A DNA stretch of 64,000 nt from Candidatus Obscuribacteraceae bacterium (GCA_044229845.1 JBGASG010000005.1:288001-352000), one strand, 5' to 3'. Shown: positions 29,197 through 39,309, counted from the stretch's first letter. Notes: generated by a model from the sequence alone, not told the origin. Made by a program: numbers and translations.

Positions 29197-30162
29197 TTAA
29201 ACGCGCTTTTCTTCGCCGGGCTTCTGCAGTTTCTTCCCGATCTTGTCCAGCATCTTCACTTGCTGGGTGCTGCGGCCGCCTAGAGCTTGCGCCATCTCTG
29301 ACATCGACTTGTAGCGGTCCTTTGGATCCTTAGCCATCGCCTTCAGCACTACTTGCGCCAGCGAGTTAGGCACCGACCACGCGTCAGACATAGCCGGCGG
29401 CTCTTCGGTGCAGTGTTTGGCGTTGAGTTCGGCGGGGTTATCGCACTTGAACGGAATGCGTCCTGTCAGAGCTTGATAGAGTATGCATCCCAGTGCGTAG
29501 ACGTCCGCACGTCCGTCCACTGGCTTGTGCTGACGCTGCTCGGGGCTCATGTAGAGTGGGTGGCCGATCACCTCACTGGCAGTTTCCAACTTGCTTTGAT
29601 CGTCATCGTCTTCGAGCGGTTTGGTGCGTGCCGAACCGAAATCGATAATCTTAATGGAAGCCATTTCATCCATGTTGTGGATGATGATCTCGTCCGGGTT
29701 GAGTCCGCGATGCACGATGCCCAGTTGGTGGCATTGCTGCAATGCGTTACAGACAAGCTGGAAGACGGCAATCGCAGTTTGTGGCGGCATCGGTCCGCCG
29801 TCATCGAGGAGCTTCGTGAGGCTATGTCCTGGAGCCAGTTCCAGTACTAAATATGGACCGACAGCTTTGCTCAGCGACATTTCACTGAAGCCGATCACGC
29901 CGGGATGACTGATTGCGTCCAGCACCTTAGCTTCTTGATTGAATCGCCGTACCGAAACTGCTGAAGAAACCAGCTGCGGGTTGAGAATCTTCAGGGCTAC
30001 CGACTTGTCGTCGGTTCCGTCTTTTGCTTTATAGACGCGGCTTGTGCTGCCGGTTCCCAGAAGACCAACCAGCGTATATCTGTCATCGATTTTGGTGCCG
30101 ACTAGAGACTCCGGTGCATGTTCGCTGTCGGTCTGCATGGTAGGACTTGCCTCGTTGTACAT
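29197..30162 (-). CDS. Hanks-type Ser/Thr kinase-like protein, probable pseudokinase
   Basis: VALKIL, IIDFG, YMSPEQ, DVYALG present; catalytic loop reads HRGLNPDE. Confidence 0.85.
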   Translation of the reverse strand: MYNEASPTMQTDSEHAPESLVGTKIDDRYTLVGLLGTGSTSRVYKAKDGTDDKSVALKILNPQLVSSAVSVRRFNQEAKVLDAISHPGVIGFSEMSLSKAVGPYLVLELAPGHSLTKLLDDGGPMPPQTAIAVFQLVCNALQQCHQLGIVHRGLNPDEIIIHNMDEMASIKIIDFGSARTKPLEDDDDQSKLETASEVIGHPLYMSPEQRQHKPVDGRADVYALGCILYQALTGRIPFKCDNPAELNAKHCTEEPPAMSDAWSVPNSLAQVVLKAMAKDPKDRYKSMSEMAQALGGRSTQQVKMLDKIGKKLQKPGEEKRV

Positions 30163-30224
30163 ATACGTAGGGCAGCAATATTAGCAGCCCGCGGCAGTAA
30201 GTGTTCAGGGAGGCGCTTGGCTTC

Positions 30225-31076
30225 CTACTCGGCTTTGAGCAGCCCGTGTTTCTCGCAGAGTTTCTTGTAGGTTTCCAGACCGGCGGCGTGCCGTTCTGTG
30301 TAGTCGAAGTTGAGAAGCCGCTTGTAATAGATAGTCAGTTCGCCGCGGGTCAATCCGCTGCGTTTGGTAGCTTCGTCAATAACTTCGTTGAAGCGATGTC
30401 CCAGTCCAAGGTTTTTGGCACGGGTCAGGGCATCGACCATGCGGTCGAACTCGAATGGACGCTCTTGCTTCCAGTCATTGCGAGCGGCCCAGACGCCGAA
30501 CACCATGGGCAGATGGAACTTCTGCATCCACCACTGACCAAGATCGATCATCAAATAGTTGCCTGCCCATTTCTCGTTGAGTGAAAGAGCTTGATCGCCG
30601 ATCAAAAGCGCACCGGCAACTTCAGGTTTTGTCATGTCTGGTTCGGGCGTCGCGATGATTTTCGGGCGCACACCAAATTGCTCGGCGAGCAGCACTTGCA
30701 GCAAGTTGACCGAGGTGGCTGAACTCGAACTGGTTTGAATAATCTTGCCGTTGAGATTGGCTGGTTCTTCCTTGGCGAAGAACAACACGCTGCCGACAGG
30801 GCCTACACACGATATCGATATGTTAGGCACCAGAGATAGTTCCTTCGCCTTCTGCAGATAGAAGAACGAACTCATGGCGCTGACGTCAAGCTCTCCGCGC
30901 AGCACGCGACGGTTGAGGGCGGCCGGGTCGGCGCTATATGTGGTGGCATTGACCGGGACGTAATGTTTCTCCAGTGGTACCACAATCGGCAGACTGTTGA
31001 TAAACGATATCTGTCCGAGGCGTGTGGTGGCTGGAGACGGGGAGAACAAGATGCCGTTCTGTGTTGTCGTAGTCAT
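30225..31076 (-). CDS. mqnA: Chorismate dehydratase (futalosine menaquinone pathway)
   Basis: LGQISFINSLP, GPVGSV, SSATSVNLL, LLIGDQAL, DLGQWW..LPMVFGVW. Confidence 0.9.
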   Translation of the reverse strand: MTTTTQNGILFSPSPATTRLGQISFINSLPIVVPLEKHYVPVNATTYSADPAALNRRVLRGELDVSAMSSFFYLQKAKELSLVPNISISCVGPVGSVLFFAKEEPANLNGKIIQTSSSSATSVNLLQVLLAEQFGVRPKIIATPEPDMTKPEVAGALLIGDQALSLNEKWAGNYLMIDLGQWWMQKFHLPMVFGVWAARNDWKQERPFEFDRMVDALTRAKNLGLGHRFNEVIDEATKRSGLTRGELTIYYKRLLNFDYTERHAAGLETYKKLCEKHGLLKAE

Positions 31077-31443
31077 TCTGTCCTATCACCGAACACGGTG
31101 CGGGTGCCAACAGTGTAAGAATACACCAGTGGTTGCGCGGTGATAGTGAAGGCTCTGTAAGCAGAAAGTCGACTTCAGCAAGCCGAACACGACAACGAGC
31201 ACAGCGGGTTTTGCTGTGCGGTCCATGCTGTGCTACTGGCGGTGGCGCAAAAGAAAGGGGAGGAGGCCGGAACAACATTTGGTAAGCTTCACGAGGCCTC
31301 GCTCCCATAACTTATAAATCATGTTTCGCACGTCTTGTCAAGAGGCTGCTGAAAGTCTCTTTTCTGCACTCCTGGCGGTATCGCCGCTAGCAAAGATTCG
31401 CCTAGTCGATATACAATCTGCGGCACTTACGAGGGCCTAAGTC

Positions 31444-32778
31444 GTGCGGATGGTAGATCTGATAGTCGCCAAGCGGAATGGCAAAGAGCATTCACGCGAG
31501 GAGATCGACTTCATCGTCAAAGGTGTCATGGACAAATCGATCGAGGATTACCAGCTGTCTGCCTGGCTGATGGCGGTTTGCTGGCGCGGCATGACCATGG
31601 ACGAGACAGCTCATCTGACCGACGCCATGGCGCGCTCGGGAGAGCTAATTGACCTCTCTTCCATTGGTCCTCTGGTCGGCGACAAGCACAGTACGGGCGG
31701 CGTCGGGGACAAAACGACGCTGGTCTTCGTGCCCATGCTGGCGGCGGCGGGCATTCCGATGGCCAAACTTTCGGGTCGCGGACTGGGACACACAGGCGGC
31801 ACCATCGACAAACTGGAAGCTATCCCGGGATTCAAGACCGAGCTGTCTATAGACCAGTTCGTCAAACAGGTGAAAGACATCGGTCAGGCGATTGGCGGGC
31901 AGACCCAGGACCTGGCGCCGGTGGACGGCAAGATGTACGCGCTTCGCGATGTCACCGGTACCGTCGAATCGATTCCGCTCATCGCGGCTTCTGTCGTCTC
32001 CAAGAAAATCGCAGCCGGAGCCAATCTGATTATTCTGGATGTGAAATGCGGAAGTGGTGCCTTCATGCAGACCGAGGAGCAAGCCATCGAACTGGCTCGC
32101 ACCATGGTCGAGGTAGGGCGGCGTTTGAAGCGTCCTGTCATCGCCGTAGTCACCGACATGGAGCAACCGCTCGGCAATGCAGTCGGGCACACCGTCGAAG
32201 TGATCGAAGCGATTCAAACCTTGTCCGGCGACGGACCGGAAGATCTCCGCGAACTGTGCTTGTCCCTCGGTGCCGTGGCGTTGACCACCGCCGGCAAGTT
32301 CAAAGAAGAAAAAGCCGCGCGTGCGCACCTGGAAGAATTGCTATCCAACGGTGAAGCGCTCAAGAAACTCAAAGAACTGATCAAGGCTCAGGGCGGAGAT
32401 CCCAAAGCCGTCGACGAGCACAAGTTGATGCCGCATTCGAAGATGACAGTTGAGTTTAAGGTGCCTGGCACCGGCAAGAAATGGGTGAAAGAGTTGCACG
32501 GACGCACCGTCGCTGAAGCCTGCAAGCTGATGGGTGCCGGACGAGCGAAGAAAGGTGACCCTATCAACATGGCTGTCGGCATCGTGCTCAAAGCTAAAGT
32601 GGGCAGCACCGTCAATGGTGGCGATACGGTCGCCGTGGTTCATGCCGACACCCAAGATCACGCCGACAAGGCTTTGAAGAAACTGGAAGAAGCCTTCAGC
32701 TTCAGCGACAAACCCGTCGAGAAACCGCCTGTGATCAAGGCGCGAGTGAGTGAGGCCGATGCACTGGCGCGTACTTAG
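31444..32778 (+). CDS. pdp: Pyrimidine-nucleoside/thymidine phosphorylase
   Basis: DKHSTGGVGDK, KLSGRGLGHTGGTIDKLE, LDVKCGSGAFM. Confidence 0.95.
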   Translation: MRMVDLIVAKRNGKEHSREEIDFIVKGVMDKSIEDYQLSAWLMAVCWRGMTMDETAHLTDAMARSGELIDLSSIGPLVGDKHSTGGVGDKTTLVFVPMLAAAGIPMAKLSGRGLGHTGGTIDKLEAIPGFKTELSIDQFVKQVKDIGQAIGGQTQDLAPVDGKMYALRDVTGTVESIPLIAASVVSKKIAAGANLIILDVKCGSGAFMQTEEQAIELARTMVEVGRRLKRPVIAVVTDMEQPLGNAVGHTVEVIEAIQTLSGDGPEDLRELCLSLGAVALTTAGKFKEEKAARAHLEELLSNGEALKKLKELIKAQGGDPKAVDEHKLMPHSKMTVEFKVPGTGKKWVKELHGRTVAEACKLMGAGRAKKGDPINMAVGIVLKAKVGSTVNGGDTVAVVHADTQDHADKALKKLEEAFSFSDKPVEKPPVIKARVSEADALART

Positions 32779-33514
32779 ATTTCGGAATCACTCGGCTGCC
32801 GAAAACATGGCCATCGATGAGGCCATACTAGAATCGCATCTGCGCGGATTGACTCCGCCGACCTTGCGCTTTTACGGGTGGACACCGCCGGCAGTATCGT
32901 ATGGCTACAACCAGGTGTTGCCGGAAGAAACGATCGCGCGCATCAAAGCCGAGGGACTGGACGTGGTGCGCCGCCCCACGGGTGGGCGCGCCGTGCTGCA
33001 CATGGGTGAATTCACCTATTCGTTTGTGGGCAGTTCGTCGACCCAGGAGTTTCAAAAAGGTTTCTTAAGCAGCACAATATCGGAAGCCTATCGGCAAATC
33101 TGCAATGGATTGCAGGGTGGTCTGGCTCGATTAGGTGTCGAGGTAGAACTCGGCAAGGCCCAAGCCGCGTACCGGCAACAGCAAGATTGTTTCCTCGCCA
33201 CCACCGGCGCTGATTTGCACTACAATGGCAAAAAACTTGTTGGCAGCGCGCAATTGCGTCGCAAGCATGCCGTGCTGCAGCATGGGTCGTTGTTGCTCAA
33301 TCAGCCGCAAGAGTTGATGCCGCGCTTGCTGGGAGTGGTACCCGGCAGCGATGCCGCTAAGGCCGAGCGTCACGCCAATCTGTTCGAGATTATCGATCCC
33401 TGTGCTGTTGAAAAAATAGAAATCGCGATGATTGCCGGTTTCTCTGATGCTTTCGGCGTCGAGTTTGAAGAGGGCGAAATCTCGTTCGCAGAATTGGCTT
33501 CGGCGCAGGTGTAG
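32750..33514 (+). CDS. Lipoate-protein ligase A family (LipM-like octanoyltransferase)
   Basis: NMAIDEA, PTLRFYGW, RRPTGGRAVLH, KLVGSAQ, LQHGS. Confidence 0.9.
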   Translation: MRPMHWRVLRFRNHSAAENMAIDEAILESHLRGLTPPTLRFYGWTPPAVSYGYNQVLPEETIARIKAEGLDVVRRPTGGRAVLHMGEFTYSFVGSSSTQEFQKGFLSSTISEAYRQICNGLQGGLARLGVEVELGKAQAAYRQQQDCFLATTGADLHYNGKKLVGSAQLRRKHAVLQHGSLLLNQPQELMPRLLGVVPGSDAAKAERHANLFEIIDPCAVEKIEIAMIAGFSDAFGVEFEEGEISFAELASAQV

Positions 33515-33534
33515 TTCAGAACTGCCGTTCCGTT

Positions 33535-33978
33535 CTATTCCTCGTCGGAATCTTCGTCGTCATCGACTGGCTCTGGTTTCTTCTTGCTCTTCTTCTTCGG
33601 CTTCGCTTCAGCTTCTTCTTCATCGTCAGAGTCCGCAACTTCGGCATCGACGACATCGCTCCCGCCTTCGTTGCGCATTTCGGATTGCAACGTAGAAATC
33701 TCATCCTGGATTTCGACGGTGCGATTATCGATGCGCTCGATCAAGTTGAGCTCGTTTTTCACTTCGTTGGTGACTGTATCCACATCCAGATTTTTGTCTT
33801 TCTGGTAAATGGCATAGACTTTGGTGCCAATGGTTTTCAGATGGCGTTCGCGCTCGGTCTTCTGCGTAGCCATCTCGACGCGCAACTTGGCGATTTTCGC
33901 CGCCTTGCTCATTTGAGACGCAGTTGACTTTGCTCCGCTCTTAATTTGATCGAAGAAGTTGCCGAATGAACCAGACAT
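33535..33978 (-). CDS. Hypothetical coiled-coil protein with charged tail
   Basis: AGGAG RBS; coiled-coil character, acidic/basic low-complexity C-terminus. Confidence 0.7.
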   Translation of the reverse strand: MSGSFGNFFDQIKSGAKSTASQMSKAAKIAKLRVEMATQKTERERHLKTIGTKVYAIYQKDKNLDVDTVTNEVKNELNLIERIDNRTVEIQDEISTLQSEMRNEGGSDVVDAEVADSDDEEEAEAKPKKKSKKKPEPVDDDEDSDEE

Positions 33979-33987
33979 CTGGTGCTC

Positions 33988-35268
33988 CTAGCTGAATACC
34001 CTGGCGTCAACCGGTGGATATATGCAGAATTTCTCGTGAATGTGGTTCACAGCTTCTTTTCTGAATTGCTCGGGCACCAGGGCGGTGACCCGAATATCCC
34101 CTGTGGTGAGCATACGAATTGGAATCGATGCGTTGCACAGGGTATCAAATATAGCTGCTACCAGGCCTCGGCGGCAACTTAATCCGCTGCCGATCACCGA
34201 AATTCGAGCCAGGTCGCTGTCAACAACAATTTCCGGTTTGCCCAGGTCTTCGTCCATGCTTTCAATCACTGCCTGCACGCGGCGAGCGCTGCGCTTTTCG
34301 CATGTAAACAGCAGTTCCGGAGCCGCGCCGTTTTCTTTCCCGATCAAAGTGACGTTGTCAGTCGTGACGCCCATGTCGTGCAGTTGCTGGAACAGGCGTC
34401 CGACGGATTCTAAGTAATGCACGGGCGTTCTCGACCCATCAGGATTGGGCTGTAGGGGTCTGGTCACCTTGACGCGGAAAGACGTGTGGTTGGTATCACA
34501 AGCGATACCGCAGACCGTGTATTCAGGGGCCAAAAACTTATGAGTGACGAGAGTCCCTTCGTCGTCGGGCTCGAAGGTCGAACGCAACCGAATCGGCACC
34601 TGTGTGTTCATCGCCAGTTCAACGGCACGTGCATTCAACACCTGAGCACCAGCGGCGCTCAGCTCGAGCATCTCTTCATAAGAAACGGCTTCCAGCCGCC
34701 GTGCTTGCTGCACCGCCCGCGGATCAGCCGTATAGACGCCGTTTACATCAGTGTAGATATCGCACCACTCAGCTTTGAGGGCTGCCGCCAGGGCGACCGC
34801 CGTGGTGTCGGAGCCGCCCCGACCGAGCGTGGTGATGTCGCCCGTTTCGGTTATACCTTGAAATCCTGCAACGACCGCGATTTCGCCATTTTTCAGGCAT
34901 TTTTCGAGAGCTTCGGCGCGTACTTCTTTTATACGGGCGCTGCCGTGAATCCCATCCGTGATGATGCCCGCCTGGGCGCCTGTGAAGGAGCGGGCTCTGC
35001 CGCCCAGGCTCTGGATGGCCATGGTCAAAAGCGCAATAGAGACCTGTTCGCCCGTGGCGAGCAACATGTCCATCTCACGATTTGATTGCTCGTCGGCAAC
35101 ACTGTCGGCCAGCGATATCAGCTGGTCCGTGGTGTGCCCCATTGCCGAAACGACAACGGCTACCTGATTTCCAGCGGCGGCTTCCTTGACTACTATTTCT
35201 GCGACGTGGCGGAGCTTTTTAGCATCCCCGACTGATGTCCCGCCAAATTTCTGGACCAAGCGCCCCAT
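33988..35268 (-). CDS. lysC: Aspartate kinase
   Basis: VQKFGGTSVG, VVSAMG, TLGRGGSDTTAV, IYTDVNGVYTADP, ACT domains. Confidence 0.95.
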   Translation of the reverse strand: MGRLVQKFGGTSVGDAKKLRHVAEIVVKEAAAGNQVAVVVSAMGHTTDQLISLADSVADEQSNREMDMLLATGEQVSIALLTMAIQSLGGRARSFTGAQAGIITDGIHGSARIKEVRAEALEKCLKNGEIAVVAGFQGITETGDITTLGRGGSDTTAVALAAALKAEWCDIYTDVNGVYTADPRAVQQARRLEAVSYEEMLELSAAGAQVLNARAVELAMNTQVPIRLRSTFEPDDEGTLVTHKFLAPEYTVCGIACDTNHTSFRVKVTRPLQPNPDGSRTPVHYLESVGRLFQQLHDMGVTTDNVTLIGKENGAAPELLFTCEKRSARRVQAVIESMDEDLGKPEIVVDSDLARISVIGSGLSCRRGLVAAIFDTLCNASIPIRMLTTGDIRVTALVPEQFRKEAVNHIHEKFCIYPPVDARVFS

Positions 35269-35578
35269 ATTAGTCTTCCGTCTTTGTTGATGCCCTCGTG
35301 GCACCTCAAAACCGCAGTAAGTTGCTGCCTTCACTGTTGTGAAGAGCAAATTTGCGAAATTATGATAGCACCGTTCAGAAACCTAGACTGTGGCACTGCG
35401 TTAAAGTTCCCCTTCATGGGTGTTGCCAGTATGCGCCGCATATCGATTAGCCTCGCTGTTCTGAAACCTGCGCAGCTTGGGCTTTTCGGAATTCTGCCCA
35501 GGACCAAGGCAAGGACCGACCTGGGACTCTGATGCATCTCTTGGCATGCATAGGCTTGCCGACCGGGGGGCGAGCAAC

Positions 35579-35598
35579 TGCCACCATATATGGTATCG
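35579..35598. promoter_or_regulatory. Copy of the TGCCACCATATATGGT box
   Basis: TGCCACCATATATGGTATCG matches the ncRNA-array boxes. Confidence 0.5.
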
Positions 35599-35625
35599 AG
35601 GTTCATTGCCGTCAGCGCCTCGCCA

Positions 35626-35661
35626 AAAGAAGAGGGCACGTCGAGTGTTCAACGTGCCCTC
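35626..35661 (-). terminator. Intrinsic terminator of the Ro60-like gene
   Basis: Minus strand GAGGGCACGTTGA-ACAC-TCGACGTGCCCTC followed by TTCTTTT. Confidence 0.8.
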
Positions 35662-35682
35662 CGGCTTCCTGTTAGTCGTCGA

Positions 35683-37263
35683 TCAACCTGGCGCGCCGGC
35701 CAGTTGACGGTCTTTTCGCACCGGCAGCGGATACGCGAGGATATCCATCAGCAGCTCCAACCGAGTCCCGCCTGCCAGCATTGGCAGCAAGCTGGGCAGA
35801 CTGTAGTAGTCACCGCTAAACGTATAGGTGTCAACCTCGATATTGTTTCGCGTCAGAGCCGCCTCCAGATGGTTGGAGAATTGCCCGCAGTTGAGAATCA
35901 TGACCGTAGGCAGGGTGCCCAGTTCTTGTTGATATTGCAGCATTGCATCAGCCAGGTAGGGCTTGCCGTTTTCACCTTGATCGGTGATCACGATCACTTG
36001 TTCGACGAGCTGCTTCTTGCGGCGCATCATATCTAATGCCACGCCGCACGAGGTGCCGCCGTCGGCCTTGATGCCTTTGAAAGCCTTTTCCCAGTCGGAG
36101 AGTTCGTTGCCTTTCGCTTCGATTGCGTAAGCGAGGGTGTCGAACGCGTAGACGTAGAGATTGGCCTGGCATATTGGGGCTACGATGGCGCAGAGCTGTT
36201 TTCCAATTTCAATTGCTTGTTGCATGGAACCACTCTTATCGACAAAGATTGCGGTCGGACGCTTGATCTTGGCTTTGGATTTGATCTGCTTGTCGCCGAC
36301 CTTCTCCACCTTTTGGGCCATTTCGGCATCGATGTCGGCAGCTTGCAGGGCTTGCCGCGTCTTGAGCGCGGATACGCGCTTATCGCCTTCGGCTTCCTTC
36401 AGTTTTGCTTCGATCATGCGGCGCAGATCTTTGTTGTCCATGGCACCACGCTTCTTGAGTGAAGCAAGGTTGTTGATCACTTCCTGCGGAGTCATGGCGT
36501 CGACCAGTGCCACCAGCAATGCCGGCGTGACTTGCTTGATCGCCGAGACAGCAACCCGATAGGGAATCTTGTTCTGCACGATCAGTCTTGCCTGTTCGCC
36601 TGAGTTGTTGGTCTTAGCCAGTTGCTTCAAGACGTACAGTCGACTGCCTTCCGGCGGATCGTTGTCGAAGAGCACACGCTGTGCGTATTCGCCGGGCTTG
36701 ATGCGCAGCGACGCATAGAGTGTCTTCAACGAGGAACGCGCGTGCAGCACAACATTGTCGAACTGCTCGTGATTCTTCTCGCGTTGATGCAGGTAGTCTT
36801 CGATGGCGGTGCGTACAGATCGCGGGACGGAACCCGCGACACCAGGAATGAACTTGCCGCCTTCTTCATGACCCTTGATCAAACCGATCACGCGCTCTAC
36901 CTGATAAGGAGGCAGTTCGGTGATCATCGCGATGCCGGCGTTACGGTATTCGTCGGAAAACTTTGATGTGGCCATGTACGCCGCAAACAATTGCTTCAAG
37001 TCATGCACGCTGCCGTTCTTGAAGTACCAGGCGGCGAGCGGACCGAAAAAGCGCGGATCGCGTTCGTGCACGTGTTCGAAAAGTGGCATGTGCGGTGCGA
37101 CCGCACGGTGCGGCGTGCGCAGCAGTGCGTTCAGGATCGCCAGACGAAAGTCTTGCTCGCCGGCGTTGCGTGTGCGAGCCATGAGTTCGGTGAAGTTAGG
37201 CGCAGGGGTGGTCGCCGCTTGATTGGCTCGCGCCGGTCGTCGTCCCCCTCGTCGTGTAGTCAT
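35683..37263 (-). CDS. Divergent Ro60/Rsr-like TROVE + vWA domain protein
   Basis: About 330-aa helical N-region (DPRFFGPLAAWY; MTPQEVINNLASLKKRG resembling TROVE motifs) then vWA with MIDAS VDKSGSM, GGTSCG, IVITDQGEN; adjacent Y-RNA-like genes. Confidence 0.8.
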   Translation of the reverse strand: MTTRRGGRRPARANQAATTPAPNFTELMARTRNAGEQDFRLAILNALLRTPHRAVAPHMPLFEHVHERDPRFFGPLAAWYFKNGSVHDLKQLFAAYMATSKFSDEYRNAGIAMITELPPYQVERVIGLIKGHEEGGKFIPGVAGSVPRSVRTAIEDYLHQREKNHEQFDNVVLHARSSLKTLYASLRIKPGEYAQRVLFDNDPPEGSRLYVLKQLAKTNNSGEQARLIVQNKIPYRVAVSAIKQVTPALLVALVDAMTPQEVINNLASLKKRGAMDNKDLRRMIEAKLKEAEGDKRVSALKTRQALQAADIDAEMAQKVEKVGDKQIKSKAKIKRPTAIFVDKSGSMQQAIEIGKQLCAIVAPICQANLYVYAFDTLAYAIEAKGNELSDWEKAFKGIKADGGTSCGVALDMMRRKKQLVEQVIVITDQGENGKPYLADAMLQYQQELGTLPTVMILNCGQFSNHLEAALTRNNIEVDTYTFSGDYYSLPSLLPMLAGGTRLELLMDILAYPLPVRKDRQLAGAPG

Positions 37264-37401
37264 GGTGTTGTTCCTATACCTTTAATGTTGGTGTCCTTCG
37301 GGATACCGACATCCACTATGTTGCCAACGGCAATGCGGCACCTTTATATGGTGTCCGCCTGGATAAAACGCGCGCCGGGACAGTGGACAGAGAGGTCTGG
37401 T

Positions 37402-37472
37402 CCTGTACAAGTCGGGAGAGCTTTTGAGTTACGTTTGCAGACGTGTGTAGGCTCTTCCTGTTGGAGCACAGG
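37402..37472 (-). ncRNA. Minimal Y-RNA-like element (Y7) in the leader of the Ro60-like gene
   Basis: CCTGTGC-TCCAACAGGAA-GAGC-CTACAC...GCTC-TCCCGACTT-GTACAGG: same terminal module as the array RNAs, no tRNA domain; candidate promoter TGGCGA-17-TAAAGT just upstream. Confidence 0.7.
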
Positions 37473-37712
37473 GTAAGGGTCACTTTAGCACTTGTCCGCA
37501 AAAATCGCCACGATTTTTGGCTGGCTGTTCTACCAGCCGAGACTGGCTCTGGAAGCGCGTCGACGGTGTTTTATACACGTTTTCGCTAATACGATTCGGA
37601 GAATTTACACCCATGCTGGAGCGGGTTAATGTGGTGACATAGCCCAATTGCCGGAACCACTGACGGCAGCGGGCGATGCGCTCCCACCGACCACACCCGC
37701 GAGGCTACCGCC

Positions 37713-38486
37713 ATGATGCTCACCGCTTTGCTTACCAACATCAAAGAAATTGCGAAGAACTCCAAGCCCACGTACTTCACCAAGGATACGTTCTTCGACA
37801 AGCAGTGGGGGCAGAACACAGCTTTCAACAAAACTCTGGACAAGTCTGTGTATGACCATGAGGACTGCGATGAAGATCAAGAGTCTCAACTGCGCGACGA
37901 GATTCTCGTCAGACTGAAAGCCAAGGGCGGTAGCGGCAGTTTTGTCTCCGGCATTGCGGGCGAATCGATTACATTTCTCGAGTCGTTGAAAAATCGCAAG
38001 GATGCGAAGGCCAAACAACAGCGCCTCTGCAACCAGTCGATGAACGAGCTGCTGGCGCTGATTTTCGAAATGCTCAAATCCTACGCTTACGACTACAACC
38101 ATGCCGTCGGTTACGGACCTCTGCACATCGCCATTACCGATCCGCAAATGGTGACCGAGGTGTTGCGCTTCGATCGTCAGCGCAATCCGCTCGAGTCGGT
38201 GACTTACTTCCGTGCGCGGCTCTCGACCTCGTCGCATTCGCTGGTATTGCGTGGGCAAGACGACGGCATTGTGTTTTTCATATTGCCGGTGGCGCGCGCA
38301 CTAGGATTGACCAAGCAAGAAACGAACTATGAGCCGGCGACTTTGCTGCGCATCAAGGCGGAGAACAATCTTGTCCATTGGGAAACCAAGATCGGAACAC
38401 CCTTGACACCGTCTTCGGTAGAAGCGATCTGCATGGCTGTTTTCCAGTGGTTGATTGAAGAAACCAAAGCGCACATCGCCGAATAG
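37713..38486 (+). CDS. Hypothetical protein, paralog of the downstream gene
   Basis: Shares (F/Y)E(M/L)LK.YA..YN.AVG.GP, RA.L.TS.HSL and WETK.G.PLT with the next ORF. Confidence 0.8.
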   Translation: MMLTALLTNIKEIAKNSKPTYFTKDTFFDKQWGQNTAFNKTLDKSVYDHEDCDEDQESQLRDEILVRLKAKGGSGSFVSGIAGESITFLESLKNRKDAKAKQQRLCNQSMNELLALIFEMLKSYAYDYNHAVGYGPLHIAITDPQMVTEVLRFDRQRNPLESVTYFRARLSTSSHSLVLRGQDDGIVFFILPVARALGLTKQETNYEPATLLRIKAENNLVHWETKIGTPLTPSSVEAICMAVFQWLIEETKAHIAE

Positions 38487-38519
38487 TTTTTGATTTTGAT
38501 ACAGGAGGTCGATTCGACC

Positions 38520-39281
38520 ATGCTTAACGGAATGTTCTCAGGCAACAATAAAGAGCGCAATCGCCCGACGCCGAAACCATTTTCGCAAAACAGTCGCTTC
38601 GACTGCAATTGGGGAAAGGCGTCGCCGGTTGAAAAGGCGCCGCCGCGAGCGGTCGAATCTTCGTCTTCGTCCCGGCGCACCGGCATCTATCCGCAAGTGA
38701 TCACGGGTGAGCATCCGATCGCGCTCGATGCCCGCAGCGTATCGCAAAGACTCAAGGAAACACTCGATACCGGAAACAATAGCGACGGGCATCAGCAGAT
38801 CATTTCCGACCTGGCGCCGCGCGACTTGCTGACCATTATGTATGAGCTGCTGAAGGTTTACGCCGTGGAATACAACTCGGCGGTAGGACTGGGTCCATTC
38901 TATTTAGAACTGACCAGACCGCACGAAGTGTCGGGTCCGCTGCGCCTGCAAAAGGATAGCCGTCCCTCCTCGTGGCTCACAAGAATACGAGCGGCACTGG
39001 CGACATCAACTCATTCGCTTTTGCTTTGTGCAGACGAGGGAGTGGTCACCTTCTATGTCATACCTCTGGAGCAGTTGCATGGCAGCAATGCTCTCGGCAA
39101 AGACGCGGTCGAGGGTCACGAACCGCAGACCTATTTACAGTTGAACAAAATGAGAGGCGGCGTTTTCTACTGGGAGACGAAGGCGGGGTTGCCCCTCACC
39201 ATGTCGCGTGTCGATGCCACGTGCCGTGCGCTATTTCAATGGCTCATTGAAAGAACCGCGGACCGGGTCGCTGGAGACTGA
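38520..39281 (+). CDS. Hypothetical protein, paralog of the upstream gene
   Basis: CAGGAGG RBS before ATG 38520; C-terminal domain aligns by eye with 37713..38486. Confidence 0.8.
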   Translation: MLNGMFSGNNKERNRPTPKPFSQNSRFDCNWGKASPVEKAPPRAVESSSSSRRTGIYPQVITGEHPIALDARSVSQRLKETLDTGNNSDGHQQIISDLAPRDLLTIMYELLKVYAVEYNSAVGLGPFYLELTRPHEVSGPLRLQKDSRPSSWLTRIRAALATSTHSLLLCADEGVVTFYVIPLEQLHGSNALGKDAVEGHEPQTYLQLNKMRGGVFYWETKAGLPLTMSRVDATCRALFQWLIERTADRVAGD

Positions 39282-39309
39282 GTTTGGGACGAGCACGCGA
39301 CATTACTCG

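Noticed and set aside
35270..35625. Lysine riboswitch upstream of lysC
   Set aside because: Some hairpins, but I could not find the L-box AGAGGUGC start or its other conserved elements; an Rfam scan would settle it.
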